DNA of 64,000 bases from an uncultured Candidatus Saccharibacteria bacterium (GCA_964618165.1 CAZTWW010000001.1:499-64498); one strand, 5' to 3'; counted from the stretch's first letter, positions 48,804 to 58,372 are shown. Made by a program: numbers and translations. The notes: generated by a model not told the origin, from the letters alone.

Positions 48804-49436
48804 ATGACCAATAGCCCAAAGCAGAGCAGACGTGTGTCACTGCCAAATAGACGAACAGGGTACACGCAGTCGGTCGTTATCTCTGGTCACAAGATTCATC
48901 TTCGGACCGGAGAGTATGGTGATGGAAAGCTTGGCGAGATAATTATTGATACGGAGAAAGAAGGTGCGCTTGTTCGTAATCTCCTTATCAATTTTGCCAA
49001 GTCAGTCTCTCTTGGTCTTCAGCACGGTGTTCCGCTTGAAGCCTTCGTCAGAGCTTTTACCTTCACTCGATTCGAGCCGGCAGGAGTAGTTGAGGGGAAT
49101 GACTCAGTGACTCAAACGACGTCAATTCTTGACTATGTGTTCAAAGAATTGGCGATCAGCTATCTTGGTCGGACTGACCTCAGCAATCAAGGTCTTCCGC
49201 CAATTGATTCTGATGTAAAGCCGACGAAGTCGCCACAGTCTGTCTCGAGTGGGTTCGTGCGACAGATGCTTGATGATATTGCATCGCAAGCTAGAGCGAC
49301 AGTGATACCTTTGTCGACCGCAAAAGGCAAAAGACAGTCAAAAGCAAAACAGTCTGTCCATACCACCTGCACAAAGTGTGGTCAGACAATGATTGGTGAC
49401 GGAAGCAGCCATATATGCTCCAGATGCGACGGCTAA
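48804..49436 (+). CDS. Stand-alone TSCPD-type domain + Zn ribbon (C-terminal part of class II ribonucleotide reductase, NrdJb-like)
   Basis: '[64 protein letters not shown]'; CTKC..CSRC. Confidence 0.8.
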   Translation: MTNSPKQSRRVSLPNRRTGYTQSVVISGHKIHLRTGEYGDGKLGEIIIDTEKEGALVRNLLINFAKSVSLGLQHGVPLEAFVRAFTFTRFEPAGVVEGNDSVTQTTSILDYVFKELAISYLGRTDLSNQGLPPIDSDVKPTKSPQSVSSGFVRQMLDDIASQARATVIPLSTAKGKRQSKAKQSVHTTCTKCGQTMIGDGSSHICSRCDG

Positions 49437-49532
49437 ATCGAACACAACACCAAAGCGAGCAGGTAACCCTGCTCGCTTTTGTATACATGATTTCAATACT
49501 CGCAATGTATTTATGGTAAACTGTAGCTACGT

Positions 49533-50504
49533 ATGACTAAAAAGCGTGTCGCGGTATTGCGTGGTGGTCCGAGTACCGAGTATGACGTCTCGATGCAGAC
49601 GGGAGCCGGTGTGATTGCTGCGCTCAATCGCCTTGGGTATCACGTTATTGATATCCCGGTTTCGAAGCAAGGTGAGTGGATTATCGACGGACGCGTAAAA
49701 TCACCAGATAAGGCACTCCTGACAACCGACGTCGTATTTATTGCGATGCACGGCGCCTATGGTGAAGACGGCACCGTCCAGCGTATCTGTGAGCGACACC
49801 ATATCCCATTTACCGGCAGTAGCTCGTTTCCTTCCAGTGTCGCTTTTAACAAAGACGTCACAAAGCGCGCTTTGCGCGAAGTGCTCCCGAAAATGCCGAA
49901 GCACGTCCGTGTGACGCGTGAGCATGAACGTGACCTCCTCGAGGTCGTAAAGGTGGTCGAACGGAGCTTTGGCCCAGAGTATGTCGTAAAGCCGTCTCGT
50001 AATGGCTCATCCCATGGTGTCACCATGACTGGTGGTGGAGCGAGCCTCCTCAAAGCCGTTCATACCGCACTTCGTGATCATGATGAGTGTCTTGTTGAGG
50101 AGCGTATCCGTGGTGTTGAGGCAACCTGCGCCATTCTCGAGGATTTCCGTGACACGAGTCACTACGTTTTGCCACCGATTGAGATTGTCCCGCCACAGAA
50201 TCGTGAGTTTTTTGACCTGGAGTCAAAGTACAATGGTACCACTGCCGAAATCTGCCCCGGACGGTTTAGTTACGAAGAAAAACAACGTATTGCCGACCTC
50301 GCGCTCCTCGTCCACCAGACCCTTGGCCTCACGCAATACTCACGTACCGATTGTATCGTCCGTGATGGTGAGGTGTACTTCCTTGAGGTAAACACGCTTC
50401 CTGGTCTTACGAGCGAATCACTCTTCCCGAAGGCTGCCGCGGCGGTTGGACTCCCGTTTGACGCACTCATCGACCATCTCATTAAAACGGCTCGTGTATA
50501 CTAG
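49533..50504 (+). CDS. ddl: D-alanine--D-alanine ligase
   Basis: GGPSTEYDVS, HGAYGEDG, VKP..GSS.GV, SKY, LEVNTLPGLT. Confidence 0.95.
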   Translation: MTKKRVAVLRGGPSTEYDVSMQTGAGVIAALNRLGYHVIDIPVSKQGEWIIDGRVKSPDKALLTTDVVFIAMHGAYGEDGTVQRICERHHIPFTGSSSFPSSVAFNKDVTKRALREVLPKMPKHVRVTREHERDLLEVVKVVERSFGPEYVVKPSRNGSSHGVTMTGGGASLLKAVHTALRDHDECLVEERIRGVEATCAILEDFRDTSHYVLPPIEIVPPQNREFFDLESKYNGTTAEICPGRFSYEEKQRIADLALLVHQTLGLTQYSRTDCIVRDGEVYFLEVNTLPGLTSESLFPKAAAAVGLPFDALIDHLIKTARVY

Positions 50505-50863
50505 TGATCATGGAGAAGCGTTCTACCAAAACCAAAAAGAAATCAGCTACGCCGACACTCTCACGCGTAGAAAAAAAGCGTATTACGCGCCTCGGTGAGC
50601 ACTGGTCACTTGATGCCAAAGAACGTCACCTCACTGCCACCTTTACCTTTCCAAATTACCTCGACGCACTTATGTTCGTCACCCGTATCTCAGTCCACGC
50701 TGAGGTGCATCGTCACCACCCTGAGGTGTGTCTTTCTTACGGAAAGGTGGTGGTGACGCTCACCACGCACGAGGCCAAAACCGTGACCACGCTCGATATC
50801 GAGCTCGCTGAGGCAATTGAACGCGTGCTATCCACGCAGAACCGCACCCGTACACACGTGTAA
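50504..50863 (+). CDS. phhB: Pterin-4-alpha-carbinolamine dehydratase family
   Basis: 'F.F.NY..A..F...I...AE...HHPEV..Y.KV.V.LTTH....T.LDI.LA..I'; start GTG 50504 or ATG 50510. Confidence 0.85.
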   Translation: MIMEKRSTKTKKKSATPTLSRVEKKRITRLGEHWSLDAKERHLTATFTFPNYLDALMFVTRISVHAEVHRHHPEVCLSYGKVVVTLTTHEAKTVTTLDIELAEAIERVLSTQNRTRTHV

Positions 50864-50882
50864 CAGGGTATACTACACGTAT

Positions 50883-51494
50883 ATGAATTTAGAAGGTACC
50901 AAACACGAAAAGGCTGTACTCGTAATCGTAGCCTACATTATTGGATTCACCTCAGGCTTCATTGCTTTTGGGGTGGCAAACTTATCATCTAACAATCAAG
51001 TTGCTGAAATCCCTCCAGTAACCACCGGTTGGCCAGAGGGCTACATGCCACCAACCGAGATGCCACCAATGGAGACTATGGAGATGGAGGCAATGCCGTT
51101 GCCAGATGAGGCAGCCTACTACCAGGACGGCAAGCTCTATGCCACGGTCGGTGCTGAGCGTTTTGTGCTCTCGCTCCACTCAGAGATTATGCCAACGGAG
51201 AATGTTGAAGGCTTTTCAACCCAGGGCATTCACGAAAACCTCCCGAAGTACGCCGCTTCAGCTGATGGTCGCTACGTATACTTCTGTGAACAGCAGACCA
51301 CCGATCCAGAGTGCACCAGCTTTATCTTTGATGTAGCGAAAAGTGTCATTCAGCCAGTATCAATTGATGGCGAGCGCCTTATTACTCCAAACGAGGTAGC
51401 TGAAGATGCTCGCTGGGAGGGTGATCGCATCGTCATTGGTTCATACACCTCAGACGCAATGGATACCCCGTGGAAGGTAGCCCTCGCACAGTAG
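50883..51494 (+). CDS. Membrane-anchored hypothetical protein with Met/Pro-rich linker
   Basis: TATACT just upstream of ATG 50883; N-terminal TM. Confidence 0.75.
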   Translation: MNLEGTKHEKAVLVIVAYIIGFTSGFIAFGVANLSSNNQVAEIPPVTTGWPEGYMPPTEMPPMETMEMEAMPLPDEAAYYQDGKLYATVGAERFVLSLHSEIMPTENVEGFSTQGIHENLPKYAASADGRYVYFCEQQTTDPECTSFIFDVAKSVIQPVSIDGERLITPNEVAEDARWEGDRIVIGSYTSDAMDTPWKVALAQ

Positions 51495-51499
51495 TCTCC

Positions 51500-51528
51500 T
51501 TGACTCTGACACTAAATCTGCGTATTAT
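51500..51528 (+). promoter_or_regulatory. Sigma70 promoter of tRNA-Ala
   Basis: TTGACT-17 bp-TATTAT. Confidence 0.75.
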
Positions 51529-51563
51529 ATGGACCAGCTTGCGATTGTCGCGATCGCAAACTT

Positions 51564-51639
51564 GGGCCTGTAGCTCACTTGGTAGAGCGCCTCATTTGCA
51601 CTGAGGAGGCAGCGGGTTCGAATCCTGTCAGGTCCACCA
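51564..51639 (+). tRNA. tRNA-Ala(TGC)
   Basis: Full cloverleaf, anticodon loop TTTGCAC, G3:U70 identity pair, TTCGAAT, encoded CCA. Confidence 0.97.
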
Positions 51640-52020
51640 CCGTAATATAAAACACCACCATTAAGTAATGGTGGTGTTTTATATTAGCAAGCAATAAGTA
51701 TTGCTTGCGTACGGTGGTGGAAGGCGGAGACATGTTTTCGAGCTACTAGCGAGAAAACGGTCGAGCCGGGGTCGAGAACACTTAGTAGATTGAGAACGCA
51801 GTGAATCAATCTACTTAGTGATTCGTGACCACATCGGCGTACTACATTTGAACAGGATGAGAACCGAGGTGCGGCGAAGCCCGCAGACGAGTTTACGAGT
51901 CGAGGACCGCACCGAGTGGGGGTCGAGCGAATGAGCTAGATTATGAGTGAAACGAAATAATCTAGCCATGAGAGTGACCGAATCGTGTTAGGTCTTAGAA
52001 ACTCGTGACCACATCGCTAC
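51640..52020 (+). ncRNA. Candidate structured RNA or non-autonomous element attached to the tRNA 3' end
   Basis: Near-continuous stems, two GGGGTCGAG..GTGACC modules, TCGTGACCACATCG twice, degenerate tRNA 3'-end copy. Confidence 0.5.
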
Positions 52021-52076
52021 CAAAAAATAAAACAAAACCCCGATGCCAGACCGGGGTTCTGCCGGTGACATCAGGG

Positions 52077-52565
52077 TTATTCCTTTTCGATGAGTGCATT
52101 CAGTCGTGAGATGTATTCCTCAAGTGCAGCTCTCGAGAGAGTTTCCACTTTCTTGTCGAGAGTGGAGTGTTGTTGCTTGATTATTTGATCAAGCTGCAGC
52201 ATGGCGTTGTTGTAGGTGGTAAGTGCCAGCCGTTCTTCTTCGTAGAATTTCCTCACCTCATCATATGTTGAGATAAGTGCCCTGATTCCGTCCCAGTTGC
52301 CCCGATATTCTGCTTCAAGCACGAGGATGAAGAGATCGAGACTAGCCCTCCGAAGCCTATCTAACGATTGATCCTGAGATCTATAGTACGCTTCTTCGGC
52401 TTCGGTAATTGCCTCCAGTCTGGCGGCTATCTCCCAGTCTGCCTTGATTTGCGAAAGACGACTCTCGTAATCCGCATGAATCTGGCGGATGGTAGTCTCA
52501 TCCGCAACAGCAGGGAAGGAGAGGCCGACTAAGACGGCGATGGCAATTAGACTCCGAAAGAACAT
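52077..52565 (-). CDS. Secreted alpha-helical hypothetical protein
   Basis: SD AGGAG before ATG 52565, signal peptide AVA; terminator ~52022-52059 on the minus strand. Confidence 0.7.
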   Translation of the reverse strand: MFFRSLIAIAVLVGLSFPAVADETTIRQIHADYESRLSQIKADWEIAARLEAITEAEEAYYRSQDQSLDRLRRASLDLFILVLEAEYRGNWDGIRALISTYDEVRKFYEEERLALTTYNNAMLQLDQIIKQQHSTLDKKVETLSRAALEEYISRLNALIEKE

Positions 52566-52675
52566 TGTGAACTCCTGTTGTTCGTTGCTTGCACACAATA
52601 CGACTAATATACCGCTGTGTCAATACATTTCTATATAAAGTAAAAGGCCCGCGAACTCGTCGCAGGCCCTTCCTC

Positions 52676-52936
52676 TTAAAACGTCACCGGCTCTCTTCTG
52701 TTTGAATTGATGATGTCGATGCAGAGCACTATCTTCGGTAACGGACGTGGCTCATGTTCTGGTCCACCCCAACCGCTAGGATCAGGTCCTTTAATGACGT
52801 CGCCATCTTCGCATTCATAATCACACACCTCAAGCTCAATGCCTGCAAACGCACCTTTCGTGGTTGAGACCACGATTTCCGTTTCGCCATCAAGCCCAAG
52901 GGCAGTGATTGCTTGGAGCAAATCTTTGATTTTCAT
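52676..52936 (-). CDS. Small acidic hypothetical protein
   Basis: 86-aa ORF; hairpin GGCC..GGCC downstream. Confidence 0.55.
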   Translation of the reverse strand: MKIKDLLQAITALGLDGETEIVVSTTKGAFAGIELEVCDYECEDGDVIKGPDPSGWGGPEHEPRPLPKIVLCIDIINSNRREPVTF

Positions 52937-53009
52937 GGGAACCCCGCTTTTTCCTCAGCCGTATAGTACATGCCCCAGATTGTCTGTCCAGTCTTGGTAT
53001 ACTACGAGT

Positions 53010-53402
53010 ATGACCAAGACTGAGCTTACGACTATTATCACGAGTATTCAAAAGCGTCGGGTACAGTATCAGCAACGTCTGAACGAACTCCACCGTCTTA
53101 TTCGCGAAATCGAAGGAGACACGGTATTTAAGGAACAAGCCTTTCATGAGTACCAAGCTCTTTTAACAGAGGCAACCACTGTCCATTTTGACTACACGAA
53201 GCACCTCCGCCACTACTATCCAATTGTAAAGCTCGCAAAAGACTGTCTCACCACCGATAAGGTCATCTCAGACACCCTCGCCACACTCCTCAATGAGCAC
53301 TACACGATGATTATGTCGTTTACTGAGACACACATGCGTGATGTGGAGGAATACACCGCCCTCCTTGCTGAAGGCTATGAGCTTCAGCTCGAACAGCTCT
53401 AA
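53010..53402 (+). CDS. Helical hypothetical protein
   Basis: TGGTATACT 6 nt before ATG 53010. Confidence 0.65.
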   Translation: MTKTELTTIITSIQKRRVQYQQRLNELHRLIREIEGDTVFKEQAFHEYQALLTEATTVHFDYTKHLRHYYPIVKLAKDCLTTDKVISDTLATLLNEHYTMIMSFTETHMRDVEEYTALLAEGYELQLEQL

Positions 53403-53432
53403 ACCCTGCACACCACGACGTTTCTCCCTACT

Positions 53433-53738
53433 ATGACACCCACCACCATCACGCTCCTCATACTGCTTGTTGTGAATATGGTCACATTCATGGTGGTTGC
53501 ACACGACAAACACAAAGCAATGAAGCGTGGTGAGGTAGAGCGTACACCTGAAGGTCTCATATTCTTTTCGGCCGCTGCCTTCGGAGCCCTTGGTGCTTAC
53601 CTCGCGATGATTATCTTCCGCCACAAGACCCGGAAGTGGTATTTTCAGATTGGGATACCGCTCCTCATCATCCAGAATATCGCCACCCTCTATTGTCTCG
53701 CGCTCCTCTGGCCGAGTGTGAGTCTTTATTTCTCATAA
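53433..53738 (+). CDS. DUF1294 family membrane protein
   Basis: 'DK.KA....R.PE.......FGA.GA.LAM..FRHKT.K'. Confidence 0.88.
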   Translation: MTPTTITLLILLVVNMVTFMVVAHDKHKAMKRGEVERTPEGLIFFSAAAFGALGAYLAMIIFRHKTRKWYFQIGIPLLIIQNIATLYCLALLWPSVSLYFS

Positions 53739-53748
53739 TCATATCTCT

Positions 53749-54309
53749 ATGAAAAAACTATCACGCACCGAACAAGCAACGCTCAAGAACCTCAAGCAGC
53801 AGCTCACTACCCTCGAATCAAACCTTCTGACCGCGAAGCGTAAAGAAGGTATCGACGACAACCTCACCATCAAGGTAAAGAAGAATAAAGCCAACTACAG
53901 CAAAACGAAGCGCAACGGTGCCAAGGATACAGTCGAGGGGACGTTCTTCATCCTCCTCACCGTAACGGCAAAGGCCAATACCATCTATGTACCGATCTCA
54001 ATGGCGTCCGGCAAGAAGCAGGCTGGCTTCATGTACCAGATAGAGGGGACAGACACCGGCGCTATCGGGCGAGCGAGTGTCGATAGCCGAGGCGAGGGGG
54101 TGAAGGAGGTGACTGTCGGCACCATTGTCTATGCCATGATCCCACCAAAGATGACAGCTGAATTCAGGATAAATGTCACCATCGGTGGCCGGGTCGGCCA
54201 GACGTACAACATTGTCATCAACCGTATCAACTACAAGCTCAGTCTCGACGACACCCGCTACCAGCAGTACTTGAAGCCAATTGTGTCTGATAGTGTGAAG
54301 TTTAGCTAA
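53749..54309 (+). CDS. Hypothetical protein (basic N-terminal helix + beta domain)
   Basis: Operonic ORF with host-like codon usage. Confidence 0.7.
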   Translation: MKKLSRTEQATLKNLKQQLTTLESNLLTAKRKEGIDDNLTIKVKKNKANYSKTKRNGAKDTVEGTFFILLTVTAKANTIYVPISMASGKKQAGFMYQIEGTDTGAIGRASVDSRGEGVKEVTVGTIVYAMIPPKMTAEFRINVTIGGRVGQTYNIVINRINYKLSLDDTRYQQYLKPIVSDSVKFS

Positions 54310-54346
54310 TCTTCTCATTCCACTACGACAGTGGTACTATGGAAAT

Positions 54347-54694
54347 ATGGATTCAAATGACAGACTAACAATTCTAAGTGAGAGAATAAAGACTTTTTGT
54401 TCTGAGCGTGAGTGGTCACAATTCCATGACCCAAAAAATCTAGCTATCTCTCTACAACTTGAAGCATCTGAAGTGTTAGAGCTGTTTCAGTGGACAAAAG
54501 ATAATCAAGTAAAGTCTGGTAAAGAAGCAAGTATCTCAGAGGAGGTTGCAGACGTTTTTTACTGGTTATTAATGCTTGCTAACCACTATAATATTGATTT
54601 AGTAGAAGCATTAAACTCTAAGATGGATATAAATGAAATTAAGTATCCAGTCAATAAGTCTAAAGGAGTTTCAACAAAATATACTGACCTATGA
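54347..54694 (+). CDS. MazG-like nucleotide pyrophosphohydrolase
   Basis: 'EREWSQFHDPKNLAISLQLEASEVLELFQW..EEVADV..K...N..KYP'. Confidence 0.92.
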   Translation: MDSNDRLTILSERIKTFCSEREWSQFHDPKNLAISLQLEASEVLELFQWTKDNQVKSGKEASISEEVADVFYWLLMLANHYNIDLVEALNSKMDINEIKYPVNKSKGVSTKYTDL

Positions 54695-56550
54695 TTGTTT
54701 ATGAAGCTACGGCTGCAAAGTTTATAGAAGATGTTGATTCAAACAACATTATTTCCGAAATTGAGAAAGCATTTCGAAGTAAGCTAGGTCGTGGAATACC
54801 ACCAAGTGAAATCTCTGCCTACTCAAACTCTTTACCGCACATGGAAAGAGTAGTGAGAAGATCAGGTGTACCTTCTGATTGTGGTATTCTAATAGAATAT
54901 AAAATTCCTCTTACTAACTTCAGAATTGATTTTGTTATATCAGGTGAAGACGACAATGGAAACAAAAATTTCGTAATTGTTGAGTTAAAACAGTGGCAGA
55001 AAGCTGACATTGCAGAGGGTGATGGATTAGTAGAGGCGTTTACCGGCAATGCTTTAAGAACGGTGACACATCCTAGTTACCAAGCATCACGTTATAAAGA
55101 TTATATATGTGATTTTAATGAAGTGTTTTATACAGGTTCTGTAAAAGCATACTCGTGTGCTTACCTACATAACTATGAAGAAAAGAGAGTTGAACCACTT
55201 TTAGATTCACGCTATAGCAAAGTTACCGAAGAGACACCTATTTATTTCAGAGACGATCAATCAAAACTCCAGGAGTTTATAAAGAAGTATGTTAAACAGG
55301 GTAAAGGAATGGATATCCTTTACCATGTAAATAATGGGAGGATTAAACCTTCAAAAAAACTTATTGACCATGTCTCAAGCATGTTTGAAGGTAACAGCAA
55401 TTACATTCTTTTAGATGAACAAAAGGTAGCATTCGAAACAGCTAGAAAGATTGCAAATCAGCAATTAAAGAACGTTGTTATCATAAAGGGTGGTCCTGGT
55501 ACAGGGAAGTCTGTTATATCAGTAAATCTGGTTAGCGCACTACTGAAAGATAACTTAAATGCGATTTTCGTAGCGCCAAACTCGTCGTTTAGAAATGCCT
55601 TGGTGAAGCGGCTTACTCAAAACCATCCAAGGCAACGTATAAACAATATATTCAAAGGCTCGGCTTCGTTTTATGACACCGCAGAAAACGAATTCGACGT
55701 GCTCGTCGTAGACGAAGCGCATCGGCTAAAAGCAAAGGGTGCATTTATGTACAAAGGTGTTAACCAAGTACTAGATGTTATTAAATCTGCACAGACTTCA
55801 ATCTTCTTCATAGATGACAATCAGGCAGTAAGACCAGAAGATATAGGTTCTGTAGAGTCAATTAAGAAAATTGCTGAGTCTCTTGATGTAAATGTTACTG
55901 AGTTAGAGCTTTCGGCACAATTTCGCTGTGCGGGAGCTGATGGCTATCTTAACTGGCTTGATGATGTCTTACAAATTAGGGAAACAGCTAATTACGATGG
56001 TTGGGACAAAAAGAGTTTTGATTTTAGGATATGTGAAAATCCTAATGAACTTCGTGATGAAATAAATAGGAAGTCAGAAGAAGGTTTCAATAGTCGCATT
56101 TTAGCTGGTTACGCTTGGGACTGGACTCCAGCCGGAAGAGGTAATGAAAATGCAGAAGTTAATGACATTTGCATTCCTGAGTTTGATTTTAAAATGCCTT
56201 GGAACTCAAGACGAGTGGGTACAACCTGGGCCATAGAAGATGCTGGTAAAAATCAAATTGGTTGTATTCATACATCGCAAGGCTTAGAGTTTGATTATGT
56301 AGGAGTGATTGTCGGTCTCGACCTGCAATATGATCAACAGTTATCAATGTATTTAACCAAGCATGAACAATATAAAGATAAGCTTGGTAAGAAAGGCTTA
56401 AGAGATAAACCGGAAGAACTTAATAAACTTGTTCGAAATATATATAAAGTGTTAATGTCTCGTGGAATGAAAGGTTGTTATGTGTATTTCATGGATAAAG
56501 AAGTAGAAAATTACTTTAAATCTAGATTAGGAACTGTAAAAGATGTGTAA
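54691..56550 (+). CDS. DUF2075 (Schlafen group 3-like) helicase with N-terminal PD-(D/E)xK-like domain
   Basis: 'EYKIP..RIDFVI..IVELKQW..HPSYQ'; GGPGTGKS; VVDEAHRL; QFRC; GCIHTSQGLEFDYVGV; YKVLMSRG. Confidence 0.9.
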   Translation: MIVYEATAAKFIEDVDSNNIISEIEKAFRSKLGRGIPPSEISAYSNSLPHMERVVRRSGVPSDCGILIEYKIPLTNFRIDFVISGEDDNGNKNFVIVELKQWQKADIAEGDGLVEAFTGNALRTVTHPSYQASRYKDYICDFNEVFYTGSVKAYSCAYLHNYEEKRVEPLLDSRYSKVTEETPIYFRDDQSKLQEFIKKYVKQGKGMDILYHVNNGRIKPSKKLIDHVSSMFEGNSNYILLDEQKVAFETARKIANQQLKNVVIIKGGPGTGKSVISVNLVSALLKDNLNAIFVAPNSSFRNALVKRLTQNHPRQRINNIFKGSASFYDTAENEFDVLVVDEAHRLKAKGAFMYKGVNQVLDVIKSAQTSIFFIDDNQAVRPEDIGSVESIKKIAESLDVNVTELELSAQFRCAGADGYLNWLDDVLQIRETANYDGWDKKSFDFRICENPNELRDEINRKSEEGFNSRILAGYAWDWTPAGRGNENAEVNDICIPEFDFKMPWNSRRVGTTWAIEDAGKNQIGCIHTSQGLEFDYVGVIVGLDLQYDQQLSMYLTKHEQYKDKLGKKGLRDKPEELNKLVRNIYKVLMSRGMKGCYVYFMDKEVENYFKSRLGTVKDV

Positions 56551-56590
56551 AAGCAGTTGCAAGTCCGCTCATTATGATCAATGATCAGGA

Positions 56591-56788
56591 ATGACTAAAG
56601 TAAAATATTTACGACACCAGTGTCAGCACTGTGGGTCAGAATCGAAACTTTTAGAAACAATTATTGATGATGAATTTATTTGGGATGATACATCTAAACA
56701 GTATCAACCACACCAATATACGGACTGTTTTGAGCATACTGGTAAAGAGCGTTGTGCTAGATGTCAGCAAGACTGGACTGGGGTATGA
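56591..56788 (+). CDS. Small Zn-finger protein (CxxC..CxxC)
   Basis: CQHC...CARC; AGGA upstream. Confidence 0.55.
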   Translation: MTKVKYLRHQCQHCGSESKLLETIIDDEFIWDDTSKQYQPHQYTDCFEHTGKERCARCQQDWTGV

Positions 56789-56973
56789 ATCAACGAATAT
56801 ATTGTTGTAAATGTAAGCTGAAGCTTGAGTATATTGTTTTACGTCAGGTTGAAGAAGTGTTTTATAAGTATGACATAGTTACTAATCAGCTCAGTGATTA
56901 TCACGGAGACGGCTCAGTTATTACGAGTGATTACAAGTGTCCATTTTGCAACACATCACAAACGCTAGATTAG
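56785..56973 (+). CDS. Small Zn-finger protein (CxxC..CxxC)
   Basis: ATGA overlap with the previous ORF; CCKC...CPFC. Confidence 0.55.
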   Translation: MNQRIYCCKCKLKLEYIVLRQVEEVFYKYDIVTNQLSDYHGDGSVITSDYKCPFCNTSQTLD

Positions 56974-57055
56974 TGTTAATCATCGAGAAATCACTTTACA
57001 ACCCCTCAATCCTTCGGTACTGTTCACGCTAGAGTGTGAGGAAGGGGAGGGTCAG

Positions 57056-57556
57056 ATGACAAACACACAGGCTGAAGTCGAGGCTATCGACGATGAGATA
57101 CTCAAACGGTATGCCGGGTATGGGCGTCTCATGGGGTGGAGTGTCGGGTATTATGACCGGACACTGATGCTCGATGTCCCTGGCAATAGTGGGGCAGTGC
57201 GACTGCAGGTGTTCACGAAACCGAATGCGGAGCTCGTTTGTCACCAGGTCGACCTGCTCGTAATCGATATGAGACGTGTGACGATTCTCCTTCAGTTCAT
57301 GAACTGCTGGAATGATCATACGTGGTTCGGTAACCTGGTGTTTAATCCGGACACTGGGTATGTCTCGTGGCGGTATGGTCTCGCCATTAACCAGCGGTAT
57401 GGTGTCACCGATGGGCAGGTGTCCAAGATCGCCTACACGGCCACAGAAGCGGTGGTCTCAGCGATGCCAGCGCTCTATCTCATTCGTGACACCGAGTGTG
57501 ACCTTGAGACCATTCTGATTCAGATGGCACGTCAGGATGGACATCTCGTGAACTGA
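57056..57556 (+). CDS. YbjN-like (type III chaperone-fold) protein
   Basis: 'FMN.WN....FG...F....G.V.WRY.L'; SD GGGGAGG; terminator ACCGCGG..CCGCGGTTTTT. Confidence 0.6.
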   Translation: MTNTQAEVEAIDDEILKRYAGYGRLMGWSVGYYDRTLMLDVPGNSGAVRLQVFTKPNAELVCHQVDLLVIDMRRVTILLQFMNCWNDHTWFGNLVFNPDTGYVSWRYGLAINQRYGVTDGQVSKIAYTATEAVVSAMPALYLIRDTECDLETILIQMARQDGHLVN

Positions 57557-57622
57557 AAGACGACCGCGGTGGCGACACCGCGGTTTTTCTCTGCCTCGTG
57601 TCGTGGTACGATATCGCGTATT

Positions 57623-58039
57623 ATGGAAATTGAATTTGAGGCGTTGCACCTCCTCTCGCTCGCGTTTGTAGCGGTGGTTATCATACTCGCTGATAGTGAC
57701 GGGGTGGCGTATCTCCGTGGGAAGAAGGAGACGCTCAAGGCTGGGAAGGTGCGCCTCCTTCATAATCTCGCATGGGTCGGGCTCGGGCTCATGGCAGTGA
57801 CCGGTATTGGGCTTATTGCTGAACACCCTGATGTTGTCACCGAAAGTGCCTTTATGGTCAAGATGCTCATGGTGCTCGCACTCTTTGTGAACGGCTTTGT
57901 CATCGGGCAACTGGCGAAGCTCTCGACCGCGACACCGTTTAGACTCCTTTCACCCCGCCAGAAGATGATGATCCTCGCCTCTGGGGCAGTATCCATCTCC
58001 TGCTGGATAGGAGCTGCCATGATTGGCTTTCTCATTTAG
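57623..58039 (+). CDS. Four-TM membrane protein (DUF2214/DUF6644-like)
   Basis: 'ALHLL', 'GLGLMAVTGIGL', 'FMVKMLMV..L.VNG', 'SISCW'. Confidence 0.7.
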   Translation: MEIEFEALHLLSLAFVAVVIILADSDGVAYLRGKKETLKAGKVRLLHNLAWVGLGLMAVTGIGLIAEHPDVVTESAFMVKMLMVLALFVNGFVIGQLAKLSTATPFRLLSPRQKMMILASGAVSISCWIGAAMIGFLI

Positions 58040-58087
58040 TACCAGGAGCGTGATTGCAATTGGGTCACAGGAAGCGCATACTTCTCA

Positions 58088-58211
58088 GTGACGGCAGGGT
58101 GAGGGTGCATTCAACTGTCCCCACCACACTTGCAGGCAGTCTCGCTTTGCCGTCACCGAGGAGACATCCTTTTCATCAAACTTGCTCCGTCATGTACGGA
58201 GCTTCTTTTTT
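58088..58211 (+). ncRNA. Candidate sRNA unit 1
   Basis: TTGCAA-17-CATACT promoter, G.U-rich long stem, C-rich loop, terminator. Confidence 0.6.
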
Positions 58212-58250
58212 ATCAACTTGCAGGGTAGGTGAGTGCATGTTACGTTTATA

Positions 58251-58372
58251 GTCCTGATAGCAGTCGCGAACGACACCTCCTCCCCGGAGATGCTTGGCCG
58301 CAGCGTTTGTGATTGTTATCAGGACCTTGACCTGAGTACTTAAACCCGAGCCATAGGCGAGGGTTTCTTTTT
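58251..58372 (+). ncRNA. Candidate sRNA unit 2
   Basis: TTGCAG-17-TACGTT, 22-bp stem with 4 G.U pairs, loop CACCTCCTCCCC, terminator. Confidence 0.62.

Noticed and set aside
51640-57000. Prophage or integrative element at tRNA-Ala
   Set aside because: No integrase or phage genes, and no distal att repeat; the only tRNA-like copy is ~340 bp away
58054-58251. 65-aa ORF across sRNA unit 1
   Set aside because: Its TTG start is the -35 box, it runs through a terminator, and it has no protein-like features
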